A DNA stretch of 64,000 nucleotides from Octopus sinensis (taxonomy: Eukaryota), in assembly GCF_006345805.1 (NCBI RefSeq), contig NC_043012.1, forward strand, positions 57,598,001 through 57,662,000, in the 5' to 3' direction. The position numbers and the translations under genes are program-made. Below, piece after piece: positions 24,763 to 37,504 of this stretch. Positions within the stretch are counted from its first letter, which is position 1, and every line of letters begins with the position of its first letter. A model generated the notes under the pieces. The model searched no databases and was not told where the DNA came from. It was given only the letters and a program-made list of their open reading frames with translations.

Positions 24763-24943
24763 TAAAACATTATTGGTGAATTGAAGAAATGGAGCTGAAC
24801 GCAGATTGAACAGAAATCGTTTTATTTCATTCTACACGTGTTTCGAAACTTCGAGACTTTCGAAACACGTGTAGAATGAAATAAAACGATTTCTGTTCAA
24901 TCTGCGTTCAGCTCCATTTCTTCAATTCACCAATAATGTTTTA
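24763..24943. repeat. perfect 86-bp-arm palindrome with 9-nt loop
   Basis: 24763-24848 is the exact reverse complement of 24858-24943; loop CTTCGAGAC; right arm runs into (TA)n. Confidence 0.97.
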
Positions 24944-25027
24944 TATATTATATATATATATATATATACAAACCGTCATATATCAAACTATAAATATAAG
25001 CTATATATAGACAATAGCATATGTATA

Positions 25028-25087
<60 letters not shown>

Positions 25088-25220
25088 ATATAGATATTTA
25101 TGTGAGAATGTGTCTATAAATTTGTATGCATGTGTATGTGTATATATTAGTTTGAACATATCTGTAATGATGATAATAATTTTTTATATGCATTCAAAAT
25201 GCGTATATTTTTGCAAACAG

Positions 25221-25277
<57 letters not shown>

Positions 25278-25456
25278 CATGCATGCATACATACATACAT
25301 TCTTGGTTAGCTGTAAGAAGGGGCAGTATTCATTGCTTCGTATGGTCTTTTACACCGATGAAGGTAACAGGGCAAAAGTTTATTTGTTCCATATATTTAC
25401 AAACATCGTCACACGTACACACACATATGCACACACACACATAAATGGTATAATTA

Positions 25457-25508
<52 letters not shown>

Positions 25509-25674
25509 TATATATCTGTGAATGTATGCATACATGTAACACATTTGTGTGTGTATGTATATATATATATATTCAATAAAGGGTGGAATATAATTAATTT
25601 AATAAAATTAATCAATTTCACCTAGTAGATTTGTCGGTATGGAAAAGACCATATTTGGTAAGGGTTATAATAAT

Positions 25675-26099
25675 TATAATAAAGGGTTAAATGCAACAAG
25701 TTGCTCAAAACCACATACCGAAAATATTAGAAATAGCAGCCAAAATTGGTCAGTATTTCCTCTACTAGTAAAAAGTCTCCACAAACAAACAGAATTTGTA
25801 AGCTGTATATGGCAAAAAAAAGGCAGAAAATAACGAAAACCCAGCCTCTGGATTAATTATAGACGACTCGTTTCTGGATTAGAACCGAAGGTTCATTTCC
25901 TTGTCAATATAATATTTCCTATAGATCTAGAAATGCTAGGGTTTTCGTTATTTTCTGCCTTTTTTTTGCCATATACAGCTTACAAATTCTGTTTGTTTGT
26001 GGAGACTTTTTACTAGTAGAGGAAATACTGACCAATTTTGGCTGCTATTTCTAATATTTTCAGTATGTGGTTTTGAGCAACTTGTTGCATTTAACCCTT

Positions 26100-26106
<7 letters not shown>
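25675..26106. repeat. 168-bp-arm inverted repeat with 96-bp spacer between (TA)n tracts
   Basis: 25675-25842 versus 25939-26106 match at 167/168 positions. Confidence 0.97.
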
Positions 26107-26178
<72 letters not shown>

Positions 26179-26180
<2 letters not shown>

Positions 26181-26520
26181 CGCAGGAGTGGCTGTGTGGT
26201 AAGTAGCTTGCTTACCAACTACATGGTTCCGGGTTCATTCCTACCTACTGCGTGGCACCTTGAGCAAGTGTCTTCTACTATAGCCTCGGGCCGACCAAAG
26301 CCTTGTGATTGGATTTGGTAGACGGAAGCTGAAAGAAGCTCGTCGTATATATGTGTATATATATGTATGTGTGTGTAATGTTTGTGTGTCTGTGTTTGTT
26401 CCTCCAGCATCGCTTGAGAACCGATGGTATTGAGTACTGAAGTCGATTCGCTCAACTAAAAGGCGGTGCTCCAGCATGACCGCAGTCAAGTGATTGAAAC
26501 GGGTAAAAGAGTAAAGAGTA
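26179..26520 (+). mobile_element. SINE B with internal (TA/TG) microsatellite
   Basis: GGCGCAGGAGTGGCTGTGTGGTAAGTAGCTTGC head through to the TAAAAGAG tail. Confidence 0.9.
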
Positions 26521-26998
26521 TGTGTATATATATATATTACCCCCCCCTATTTCTTTTTATAGTGTGAGACTGAACGAGCCATGCTTCTGCTAGAAGCCTG
26601 CGAAACTTTAAGTCGTATGAACTGAATCAAACTATTTCAAATAACAATATAATATATATACTTATATATACGTACGTACTTACACATATAATTTGTGATT
26701 CAAACTTATGGCCAGAAATTTTGAGGGAAGGCGTTCAATCAATTACATTGATCCTAGTATATGACAAGTACTTGTTTTATCGATTCCGAGAAGGTGAAAG
26801 GGAAAGATAGCGTTAGGATTTGAAAATATATCCAGTAGAACCGGAAAAAAAACTGCTGTTCCGATTCTTTCAGTTCGTTGCTCTTGCTTGCTTGCTTGCT
26901 TGCATGCTTGCTTGCTTGCATGCTTGCTTGCTTGCTTAAATACATACATACATACATGCATACAGTTCAACACCATTCTTGTGTGAGAATAATATATG

Positions 26999-27043
<45 letters not shown>

Positions 27044-27183
27044 ATATATATATATGTATACGTATTTGCATGTAAATATGTGTATCTATATTTATATATA
27101 TGTATGTGTGTGTATGTATCTGTCTTAGGATACATACATATCTATCATCTCTCTCTCTCTATACACACACACGCACGCACACA

Positions 27184-27245
<62 letters not shown>

Positions 27246-27869
27246 TAAGAACAAACTTACTTAGAAATGGATGCGTGCGTTCTGTCGTGTAATAACAAAT
27301 TAATAAAGAAAACATATGCATATATACATACATATATGTACGTGTACACACACACACACACACACATACACATATATGTATGTATTTATATATGATCATT
27401 CAGTTACGAAGTATGACGAAGCTTTTGGTTGAAGTCATATCGTCATTCTCTTATTTTTACATATCTGAAGGAGATTCATTTAAAAAAAAAAATATTATTT
27501 AAATTATTTAAATAATTTTATGGGCTGTCTTTGACAACTGACATCTGTTTATATTTCCTATTGCGACAGCATTAATACCTCGCCTTGCGAAATACGAAAA
27601 GAGGAAGACATACAGTCACACCAACAGCCACACATACGCGCGTTTACATACATACAAACACTCACACACTTTATGTATGCATGTATATATATATATATAT
27701 ACATAACATTCATATACAAATATATATACACACAATGATACAATGCCAATCATACATACATATACTCATGCTTGCACATATACTGTAAACACACACACAC
27801 ACACATATATATGCTAACCGTGGTATATAGCAATAATTATACGCACATTTATACATATCTCTGTATGTA

Positions 27870-27937
27870 TGTATGTATGTATGTATGTATGTACTTATGC
27901 TCGTGCCTGCTTGCCTGCCTGCCTATCTGTCTGCCTG

Positions 27938-28012
<75 letters not shown>

Positions 28013-28097
28013 GTCTGTCATCTATCCATCTATCTATCTATCTATCTGTCTGTCATCTATCCATCTATCTATCTATCTATCTGTCTGTCATCTATCC

Positions 28098-28185
<88 letters not shown>

Positions 28186-28231
28186 GTCATCTATCCATCT
28201 ATCTATCTATCTATCTGTCTGTCATCTATCC

Positions 28232-28272
<41 letters not shown>

Positions 28273-28300
28273 ACTATCTATCTACGTCTGTCTGTCTGTC
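27870..28300. repeat. (TATG)n/(TATC)n compound microsatellite
   Basis: Direct reading. Confidence 0.95.
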
Positions 28301-28502
28301 TGGGCAGCTAACTAGCTAGCTAGCTCTATACGGGTGTATGTATATATGTATATTTATGTATACATATATTTATATATATGTAGTATATACGTATGTAGAT
28401 AGTTACGTGTCTGTTTGTGTGTATGTATGTATGCATGTATGTATGCATAGATGCATGCATGTTTGTATTTATGTATGTATGTATGTATGTATGTATGTAT
28501 GG

Positions 28503-28534
<32 letters not shown>

Positions 28535-29134
28535 ACAGCTCAGTTGTAAAGAGAAAAAGCCATCAGCCTAAGGCGTTCAGAATTAGCTGTCGTTCATTTT
28601 GTTTCCTTGTTTTATATATCTTTTTCCCTCCTTATTGCAACTGACAATTTTTACTCGCGGAGGAAAAATATTATTGAAGACAAATTCATGTCGTCATCAG
28701 ATTATGTATAACAGCAACGTGTTTGATCGTTTCTCTCTCAAGCTTTTTACAGTCAAAGTCAGCTGTGAATGTTTTCTGGGCGATTAACAATGCTTATTAA
28801 AAAGAAAATGAATTTTATAAGGAAAGAAAAAAATAAAAATGAAAAAAAACAAAGGAAGAAAACAAGAAAGACGAAAAATCCGTGGCGGAAAGAATTATCG
28901 CTATTTTTGTGATGGAACAATGATTTTCAAAAGAGGCTAGCAATAAACAAATCTTGTAAAATGCCAACCATTTGACCTAGTTTCGTAAAATAAAATTAAA
29001 TTCTTGCTTACGTCTTGCAACACAGTTTAGATTTCATTTGAAATTTTTGAAAGTTGTTCTCTGGGTTTGGTGGTTGGCAATCGTTTCGGCTTTTAGATGG
29101 TGGTGAGTTCAGTTTGGAAAACATGCAATATATA

Positions 29135-29364
29135 CGAGTGGGGGGGGGGGGGGCTAAAAATTTCCTGGCTTTGAGTAAAAGAAAATACAGGCCGGCCGGT
29201 TAGTTAATTATGTTTTAATTCAACATATTTCCCCTTTCAGATTCTCATACTTATTGAAGCGGTCCTTCAGTTTTTCTAATCCCTGTAAAGGAACTCTGAA
29301 GGTTGGGTCTCCAGTCAGGCCTTTCGCGATATCCTTAAAGCCAGGAACTTTTCAGCACCCAGTG
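29135..29364 (-). mobile_element. mariner-derived MITE (~230 bp)
   Basis: TA flanks; TIR cores GCTAAAAATTTCCTGGCTTT and AAAGCCAGGAACTTTTCAGC. The minus strand retains a mariner C-terminus, LQGLEKLKDRFNKYENLKGE. Confidence 0.8.
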
Positions 29365-29470
29365 TACGAATATAACTTACTGAATTGAAGAAATGTCTTT
29401 AAAAAAAAATTCAAGAGTTTTGCAACTAAATTTATTTATACGGAATAACAATACCCATCCTTCATATCTA

Positions 29471-29509
<39 letters not shown>

Positions 29510-29689
29510 ACTTTTTGATCTTCTGTTCTTTTACTTTCACTTTCTTTCTTTTTTTTTTTTGCTATTTGTTATCAGAAAAAGTCTATGTCTATCTGTATTC
29601 AAAAGAGACAATGATGAGAATGAATGCCATTGACTATAGAAGCTCTCTCATTAACAGAACGAAGAGAATCCAGACTTAAAAGAATCGTG

Positions 29690-29731
29690 TTGACGACGAC
29701 GACGACGATAATGACGAAGTTGAGAACGAAA

Positions 29732-29764
<33 letters not shown>

Positions 29765-30310
29765 GTAATGATGATGATGATGATGGTAACGATGATGATG
29801 ATGATGATGATGATGATGACGGTAATGATGATGATGATGATGATGACGGTAATGATGATGATGATGATGATGATGACGGTAATGATGATGATGATGATGA
29901 TGGTAATGATGATGATGATGATAACGACGATGATGATGACGGTAATGATGATGATGATGATGATGACGGTAATGATGATGATGATGATGATGATGATGAT
30001 AATGATGATGATGATGATAATTATGATGATGATGAGGATAATGACGACAACGACGACGACGATTATATGATGATGATGAGGATGATGACGACAACGACGA
30101 CGACGATTATATGATGCTGATGATGATATACTGCTGCTACTGCTGCGGCTGATGATGATGAGGATGGCGGTGACGATGACAACGACGATGGTGGTGGTGG
30201 TGATGACAACAACGACAACGATGCTGCTGATGCTGCTGATGCTGATGATGATGATATCGACGACAGCGAAAAGTATGAGATGACGACAATGGTGATGAGG
30301 ATGATGAAGA
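29690..30310. repeat. (GAT)n compound microsatellite
   Basis: Direct reading; source of the poly-M, poly-I and poly-H ORFs. Confidence 0.95.
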
Positions 30311-30446
30311 AACATCGCAGTTTCTTTTATTTCGAACGAACGAGGTTTGATCAATGCTTTTGATCATAAAGAGATTTCAATTATTAACTCGATAAGAGCA
30401 GAGTAAAGGGAAAGAGACAGACAGACAGACAGACAGACAGATAGAC

Positions 30447-30519
<73 letters not shown>

Positions 30520-31118
30520 CAGAGATAGAGAGAGAGAGAGAGATGGGAGGAGAAAGAGAAAAGGGAAAGATAACTGAATTTAGCGCACAAAGTTTCAAGT
30601 TAAATTCTCGAAACGCTCTTCAGGGATGAGAGAAAATAAATAAAGAAATGAATAAATAAAAAAAAAATAAACAACAAATAAACATAAAAAGAAGGAAAGA
30701 AAGAAAAGGAAAAGAAAAGCCGAAAGATTACTCAGAAGAGATGAACGGTGATGAAAATTCCATTTCTTACCTCTCGTGATCGTTTTATTCCTTTCGACTT
30801 CTGCCTCGAATTATTGAGATTCTTCATTCTTCATCTTTCAAAGAGAATAGTTTCTAGCTATTTATGAATGAGTATCTGGTGGGACAGAATAACAGATATA
30901 CAAAGAGATTTTGTGAAGTGTAAATTATATATATGTATATGTATATATATATATGTGTGTGTGTGTGTGTATATTTATATATATATATATATTTGTATAA
31001 TATATATATATATATATTTATACATTTATATATATATATTATATATATATATATATATTTGTATATGTATATATATATATATATATTTGTATATACATAA
31101 ATGCTCACACAGACACAC

Positions 31119-31177
<59 letters not shown>

Positions 31178-31316
31178 GTATATATACACGCACACACACA
31201 TACATATATATGCAATATAATGGCGTCGAGTGTTAAGAATTTCTGGATGTGAAATGGGAATAACGCTACGCTGGAATAGTGAAACACGCACGCGCGCACT
31301 TATACGCACGCACGCA

Positions 31317-31360
<44 letters not shown>

Positions 31361-31866
31361 TAGAAGTATATAGTACATGTATGTCCGTGTACGCGCACAG
31401 AGACACACAGAAACATTACTATAAGTACACATATATGTATGTATAAGAATACAAATATATATATATATATATAATCACACACAAACATTCAATATAAATG
31501 CATGTATACATATGCATACACACAGGCACACACACACATATATATATCAATATATCCATGCATACACACAAGCACATGCATATATATATATACATAAAAG
31601 CAAAAACAAAAACGAAACAAACAAAACAAAAAAAAAACAAAATAGGAAGTGAAAGAATGCTTCTTATGGATTATTTACAACATGACTAAACACCCGAATG
31701 GACTTAGATAATATATTATTGTATTCCAAGCACGTATGAGGGATTCGTATAGATTTATGAATATATAAAAGTCAGTAGATTCAGGATCTATAACAAATAC
31801 CATCTTACTATTTGCTCCTTTTGCATTATTTTATATACGTCTTCTTTTTATCATTTATTTTTATGT

Positions 31867-31888
31867 CCGATGAAGGGGATTGCCCGAA
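31867..31888 (+). ncRNA. degenerate minimal hammerhead-like motif (Penelope-type terminus)
   Basis: CCGATGAA-GGG-GATTG-CCC-GAA resembles CUGAUGA(A)-stem II-GAAA, but the core is mutated. Confidence 0.3.
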
Positions 31889-32232
31889 GAGAGGGGAGTC
31901 ATACATAAAGACTGTAATAATAACGCAGTGTAGCGGAGTGTAATGATAATGTAGAATTGCGATGGTTGTTTTCGGAGTGCTTTAGATATTTTCATCTTTC
32001 AACATGATGTTACTTTATGTCTTAAGGCCGCAATTTATTCCAATAATTCCCCTTTAAATGGGGGTGTTTTTATAGAAATGAAATGGCCGAGTGGATACGG
32101 TGTTTGGCTTGGTTAGGTTAAAACGTTTTGGTTATATGCGTCTATATCTTCAGCCCATTTCCAAGATTGTGCAATGTTGTTTCCATCAAATATATATATA
32201 TGTATTTATGTATGTATGTATGTATGTATGTA

Positions 32233-32272
<40 letters not shown>

Positions 32273-32479
32273 TATAAATATATATATATATTTGTATATG
32301 TATATATGTGTGTGTGTGTGTATATATATATATATTATATATATATATATATAATATATATAATATATATATATGTGTGTGTGTGTGTATATATGTGTGT
32401 GTGTGTGTGTATGTATGTGTGTGTGTGTGTGTAGTATATCTGTGTGTATATATATATGTAGTATATGTATGTGAATATA

Positions 32480-32803
32480 GCTCAGTGGTTAAAGCGTCGA
32501 GCTTACGATTGTGAGGTTGTGAGTTCGAATCCCGGACCGGGATGCGTGTTGTGTTCTTGAGCAAGACACTTTATTTCACGTTGCTCCAGTTCACTCACCT
32601 GTAGAAATGAGTTGCGACGTCATAGGTGCCAAGCTGTATCGGCCCCTTTGCCTTTCCCTTGGATAACACTCATGGTGTGGAGAGGGGAGTCCGGTATGCA
32701 TGGTCGACTGCTGGTCTTCCATAAACAACCTTGCCGGACTTGTGCCTGGGAGGATAACTTTCTAGGTGCAATCCCATGGTCAGTCATGACCGAAGGGGGT
32801 CTC
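32480..32803 (+). mobile_element. SINE C (tail type 1)
   Basis: Colinear with 3261-3598. Confidence 0.9.
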
Positions 32804-32959
32804 AGCAGTATACACACACACACGCACACATATTTGATTTTATTTGATTTGATCTAGTTTCAGGTCATGAACTGAGGCCATGGTGGGGCACCGCCTTTAG
32901 GTGTTGCTACATAATTTTATTTCACTAATTCTTTTTAGAAATTGATGTTTGGTGCATTT

Positions 32960-33065
32960 TGTGTATATATATATATAGATATAGATATATGTATATATTC
33001 TTATATTCTTTTTTCCGATATTTGACTGCGTTCATGCTGGCGCATCGCCCTTGTAAATATATGTA

Positions 33066-33124
<59 letters not shown>

Positions 33125-33133
33125 ATATATATA

Positions 33134-33171
<38 letters not shown>

Positions 33172-33295
33172 ATATACATATATATATATATATATATACC
33201 TATATATATATATATATACCTATATATATTATATATATATATATACCTATATATATATATATACCTATATATATATATATACCTATATATATATA

Positions 33296-33340
<45 letters not shown>

Positions 33341-33360
33341 AGATATCTATGTATATATAT
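32960..33360. repeat. (TA)n array punctuated by ACCT
   Basis: Direct reading. Confidence 0.95.
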
Positions 33361-33559
33361 GTTTTAGGTGCGAATCGTTTTGTTATACGGTGCCGTATTT
33401 TACAATCCTGTAATTAATAATAATAATAATAATGGTATTTATATAAGCTTAAAGCTTATAAGTGATCACCGTGCAATGACTAACGAAAATGGTCCAATAA
33501 TGTGGCATATAAGCCTCCGACAGAAAAAAAGAAGGCTTTCCTATACGTGTGAGACTTGA

Positions 33560-33698
33560 ACTGTTACTTTATTTATCGACCCCGAAAGGATGAAAGGCAA
33601 AGTTGAGCTCGGTGGAATCTGAACTCAGAACGTAAAGACAGACGAAATACTGCTATGCATTTCGCCCGTTGTGCTAAGGTTTCTGCCAGCTTGCCGCC
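33560..33698 (-). mobile_element. SINE A 5' portion
   Basis: ATCGACCCCGAAAGGATGAAAGGCAAAG...TGCCAGCTTGCCGCC. Confidence 0.85.
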
Positions 33699-34530
33699 AA
33701 GCAATGATAATGCCACTAAAATGTTAGGTATCCCATGTTAGGTTATTGCATCTATTAACCGAATCGATAATGTAGTTTATCTTAAGAAGAAAAAAAAAAC
33801 AACAACAACAAACAAACAAAGAAAAAAAAATGTCCGGTGACAATGACCTAATCACTAAGTAACTGGTTATCGACCGGAAAATCGATCGCTTGCGTCGTTC
33901 ATGTCTCGGTACCACAGTAAGTCCGTGAAATTGACATGTAACGCCCAACGGCCAACGTGCACTCAGCCGCGAACAAATGATATGACGAGGGGCAGTTTTT
34001 TGTTGAGGACAAGAAAAAAAAAATCATTGAAAGAACTAAAGTGGTTTTGACTAAGTGTTTGAAGGGTTAACTCGGTTTCAAGGACAAGCTGAGGATGTAA
34101 TTCCGACCCTAGATCTGATTATCCGATATTTTATCGACTCGGCGAAGGACGGCTATCTTATTCTCTTTCTAAATACATCATCGTTGTTGTTGTTGTTGTC
34201 GCTTAGTCCCAGTTCAGCGTTCAGTATGGAGATATACGATTACATATATTTCCGACCCTCCCATCTTTTTTAAGAAAATGTAGTTTTGTTTTAAATTTTA
34301 TCTTTCCTTTATTGTATATGCTCTTGTCTTTCTTTATGAGGACATCGTGTGATTTCGGTGAGAGTTTACAACTGCTATGTTTAACCCTTGGTCCACTCTA
34401 ATCAAGTAGATATATGATCAAAGACATTTCCCGTCGTGACTCTCCAGCTGTAAAAAAGAAGTTGACCTAGGCGGAGTTTGAACTCCGAGAACACAAAACC
34501 TGGACAAATACTGCAAGGTATTTTGTTCCA

Positions 34531-34887
34531 TTTCCGGTAAGTTCACCCTGATCAGTTCAATGCAGGCAAAGTTTACCATCATCAGTTCAACGCAGAAAAC
34601 GTTCGCCGTCACCAATACACCACAGGGAAAGATTATGATCATCAATTGAAAGCAGAGAACGTTCACCGTCACTAGTTCACCGCAGGGAAAGATTATCATC
34701 ATCAGTTCAACGCAGAGATAGTTCACCGTCACCAGTTCACCGTTTGCGTGTTTCAATAAAATAGTTTTTAACTATAAATGGTGAGGTACTATGGATACAT
34801 TTTCTCGGTAAAGTTTCTTAGCGGTGGACTTTCTTCACGGTGAATTGACGGCGATGTTTCCGTGCGGTGTATCGATGGCGTCGAATC
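34531..34887. mobile_element. foldback/Mutator-like non-autonomous element inserted in a SINE A
   Basis: Tandem 15/30-nt GTTCACCGTCACCAGTTCACC-type units with inverted GGTGAATTGACGGCG units. Flanked by ATTTTGTTCCA (34520-30) and ATTTTGTCCCA (34888-98), with SINE A halves either side. Confidence 0.55.
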
Positions 34888-35811
34888 ATTTTGTCCCACG
34901 CTCTATCGACTCTGCCAGCTCATATGCATGAGAAGTAAATGTAAACCTTGTCCAACAATGCTTAAATCAACCAAACGAAGACAACGGGACAACTCAAAAT
35001 CAATAAATATTGTTATTTATATATTTTAAAAACTGGATCGACGCACCAGAGCCCTAGTTCCTTAACATCAGAAATAGGCAATAATCTGACGGAAAGCATA
35101 ATCTGAACTTATAGATCTCACTTGCTCCTCTTCCTCAGAACGTATATAACAGCTTTGTACTCTCGTAAGACGAGAACTATAATTGTACGTACGTGTGTTT
35201 CGCAACAAGCAGCACATAACTGCTTTAAGTGATTATGTTGCACAAAAAATATTTAAAAAAAACAAAACAAAAACAAACAAGTAAATAAACGAAGCAAAAC
35301 AAAATGAAAATAGGAAAAAAATAACCCTAAAATAAAAAAAAAAAGATTAATTTAACTAGATATACCGCCATATGTCAGTTTTCCTTCCGGTATGTGATCT
35401 TTTCCGGTATTAAAATTTCGGATGTGACGTTTTTTGTTCAAACATATTTCGAGCAATTAAAATAGTTTGAAATTCCAATATATTACTGCATACAGGAGTG
35501 TGACAAATGCCGGACATCATATTTCATACGAAGCGATCCACTGGTTTGTTGCTGTCATTGATGCTGTTGTTCTTATGGTTGGTGGTCATTTACTCATACT
35601 TCATAGCAAACATAAGTGTCGTAGCTGTGCAAACAGGCAACGATAGCAGAGCGACACTTAGCAGAAATCTCCGTGTCAACGATTCGCATCCAATTACAAG
35701 CATCTGCGCTGCGTCTCGTCTCAAAGCCAAACGCGGGACATTTCTGCCCTAGCTGGAGTACCACCAAACTCTCTTACACGTTTGTGTTATTAATTAACTA
35801 AATTAACCTCA

Positions 35812-35985
35812 GTGGAGGCGCAATGGCCCAGTGGTTAGGGCAGCGGACTCGCGGTCGGAGGATCGCGGTTTCGATTCCCAGACCGGGCGTTGTGTGTGTT
35901 TATTGAACGAAAACACCTAAAGTTCCACTAGGCTCCGGCAATGGGGTGGTGGCGACCCCTGTTGTACTCTTCCTTGTTGTACTCT
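35812..35985 (+). mobile_element. SINE D, 3'-truncated
   Basis: GTGGAGGCGCAATGGCCCAGTGGTTAGGGCAGCGGACTCGCGG head. Confidence 0.85.
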
Positions 35986-36938
35986 TCATGTAAATTGTAG
36001 TAGTAGTAGTGGTGGTAGAAGTTGCGGTGATGGTAGTAATAGTGGTGATAGTAGTAATAATGGTGGTAGTAGTGGTGGTGGTAACAGTAGCTGTAGTAGT
36101 GGTGGTGGTGGTTGGTAGCAGCAGTAGTAGTGATGTTGGTGATGGTATTAGTGGTAGTAGTAGCAGCAATAATAGTAGTAGTAGTTGAAGTAATAGTGGT
36201 GGTGGTCGTACTAGTTGTTGTTGAGTCTCGGATCAGACCTGATTGAGCAGACATCGTATCTCATACATTCAAACTTGACCGCTCACCCACTTTTATCCGG
36301 CCTTAGCCTACCTAGGATCTAATTATCTAAATGTACTCTGTCTATCTCTCAGTGTGTTTAGGACTGGTGTGGTTTAGGGGAGATAAGGTTGCTTTTTCAG
36401 ACTGGTCGAACAGCCAAGCGAGCTTTACAGGGTTCGGCAAAGAGTGACCCACTGATGTTTATTAGGGGAGTTCGGACCTCTTCAAAAATTTTTTTCAAAT
36501 TTCATGTATTTTTCCGTAATTCAACATTTGGTGGTTTTTAGCTAATCTTTTGTGCTGCGATATATTTAATTTCTATCTAGGTAGGCAATGTCGGTCATAG
36601 AAATGGTGGATAAGAATACATGGGATATTTTTTTATAGGAAAGGACTGATATAATAGATGCAGAGTTTAGACAGAGGGTGCCACTGAGTTGATAAGAGTA
36701 TTTTTTCCCCTTTTACCATAAACGAGATCTTTTTCTGCACGGTAAACTGCAGTGAAATTGCCTTTAGCAGTTAAGATATGTCACAAACATATTTGACCTA
36801 TCTTAAAGTTAGTTCAAATATCACTTCTTAGCGCTACTATGAATGTGTTTGATACGACCGAACAGTCGTCAAGCGCAAGTCAGTCACTTATATTGACTGT
36901 TCCATTATATAGTTTCTATACATTTGTTTATTTTTGTA

Positions 36939-37504
36939 TTGGGTTGTCTGGAAAGTTTGTGCCGATTTATAGTAGCTTACCTTTTGACTTATTTTAGAAC
37001 ATGGTTGAGTCGATAAAATAGGATTTGACTACACCTCCATTTAGAGCACAGTTTAAGCTATTTTTTCGTGGAATAAGGTTTATGTTCCTATAACCTGTGT
37101 TAATTCTGTAACCCTTTAAAATGGAAGATAAGAAAGTTCATATTTGGCCCTTGATGCTTTTGGAACCAGACAAAAATTGCTGCAGCTTGGCTGGGATGTG
37201 TTACCCCACTCTCCATATTCAGCAGAAATTGCTTCTTCGGATTACCACTTATTCAGGTCTTTGCAGAAGAGTCTTAATGGTAAAAATTTAAGTTCCTTGG
37301 ATGACGTAAAACGATACCTTGATGAATTCTTTGCCATGAAACCACCTTAATTCTGGGAAGAGAGTATTTTCAAGTTAAAGGAAAGATGGAGACGCATTGT
37401 GCAACAAAATAGTTCATATTTGGTTGATTAAAAATGTAATGGCAAGTATTTATTGACCTTTTTCTTTCCTTTAAAAATCGACACGAACTTTCCGGACAAC
37501 CCAA
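36939..37504 (+). mobile_element. internally deleted mariner with intact TIRs
   Basis: TA-flanked ~30-bp TIRs (TTGGGTTGTCTGGAAAGTTTGTGCCGATTT / AAATCGACACGAACTTTCCGGACAACCCAA). Start MEDKKVHI is fused to WDVLPHSPYSAEIASSDYHLFRSL (YSPDLAPSD-type motif). Confidence 0.93.

Noticed and set aside
33901-33922. ATGTCTCGGTACCACA|gtaagt candidate first exon in a CpG-rich patch
   Set aside because: It is five codons with no linked downstream exon and is indistinguishable from chance.
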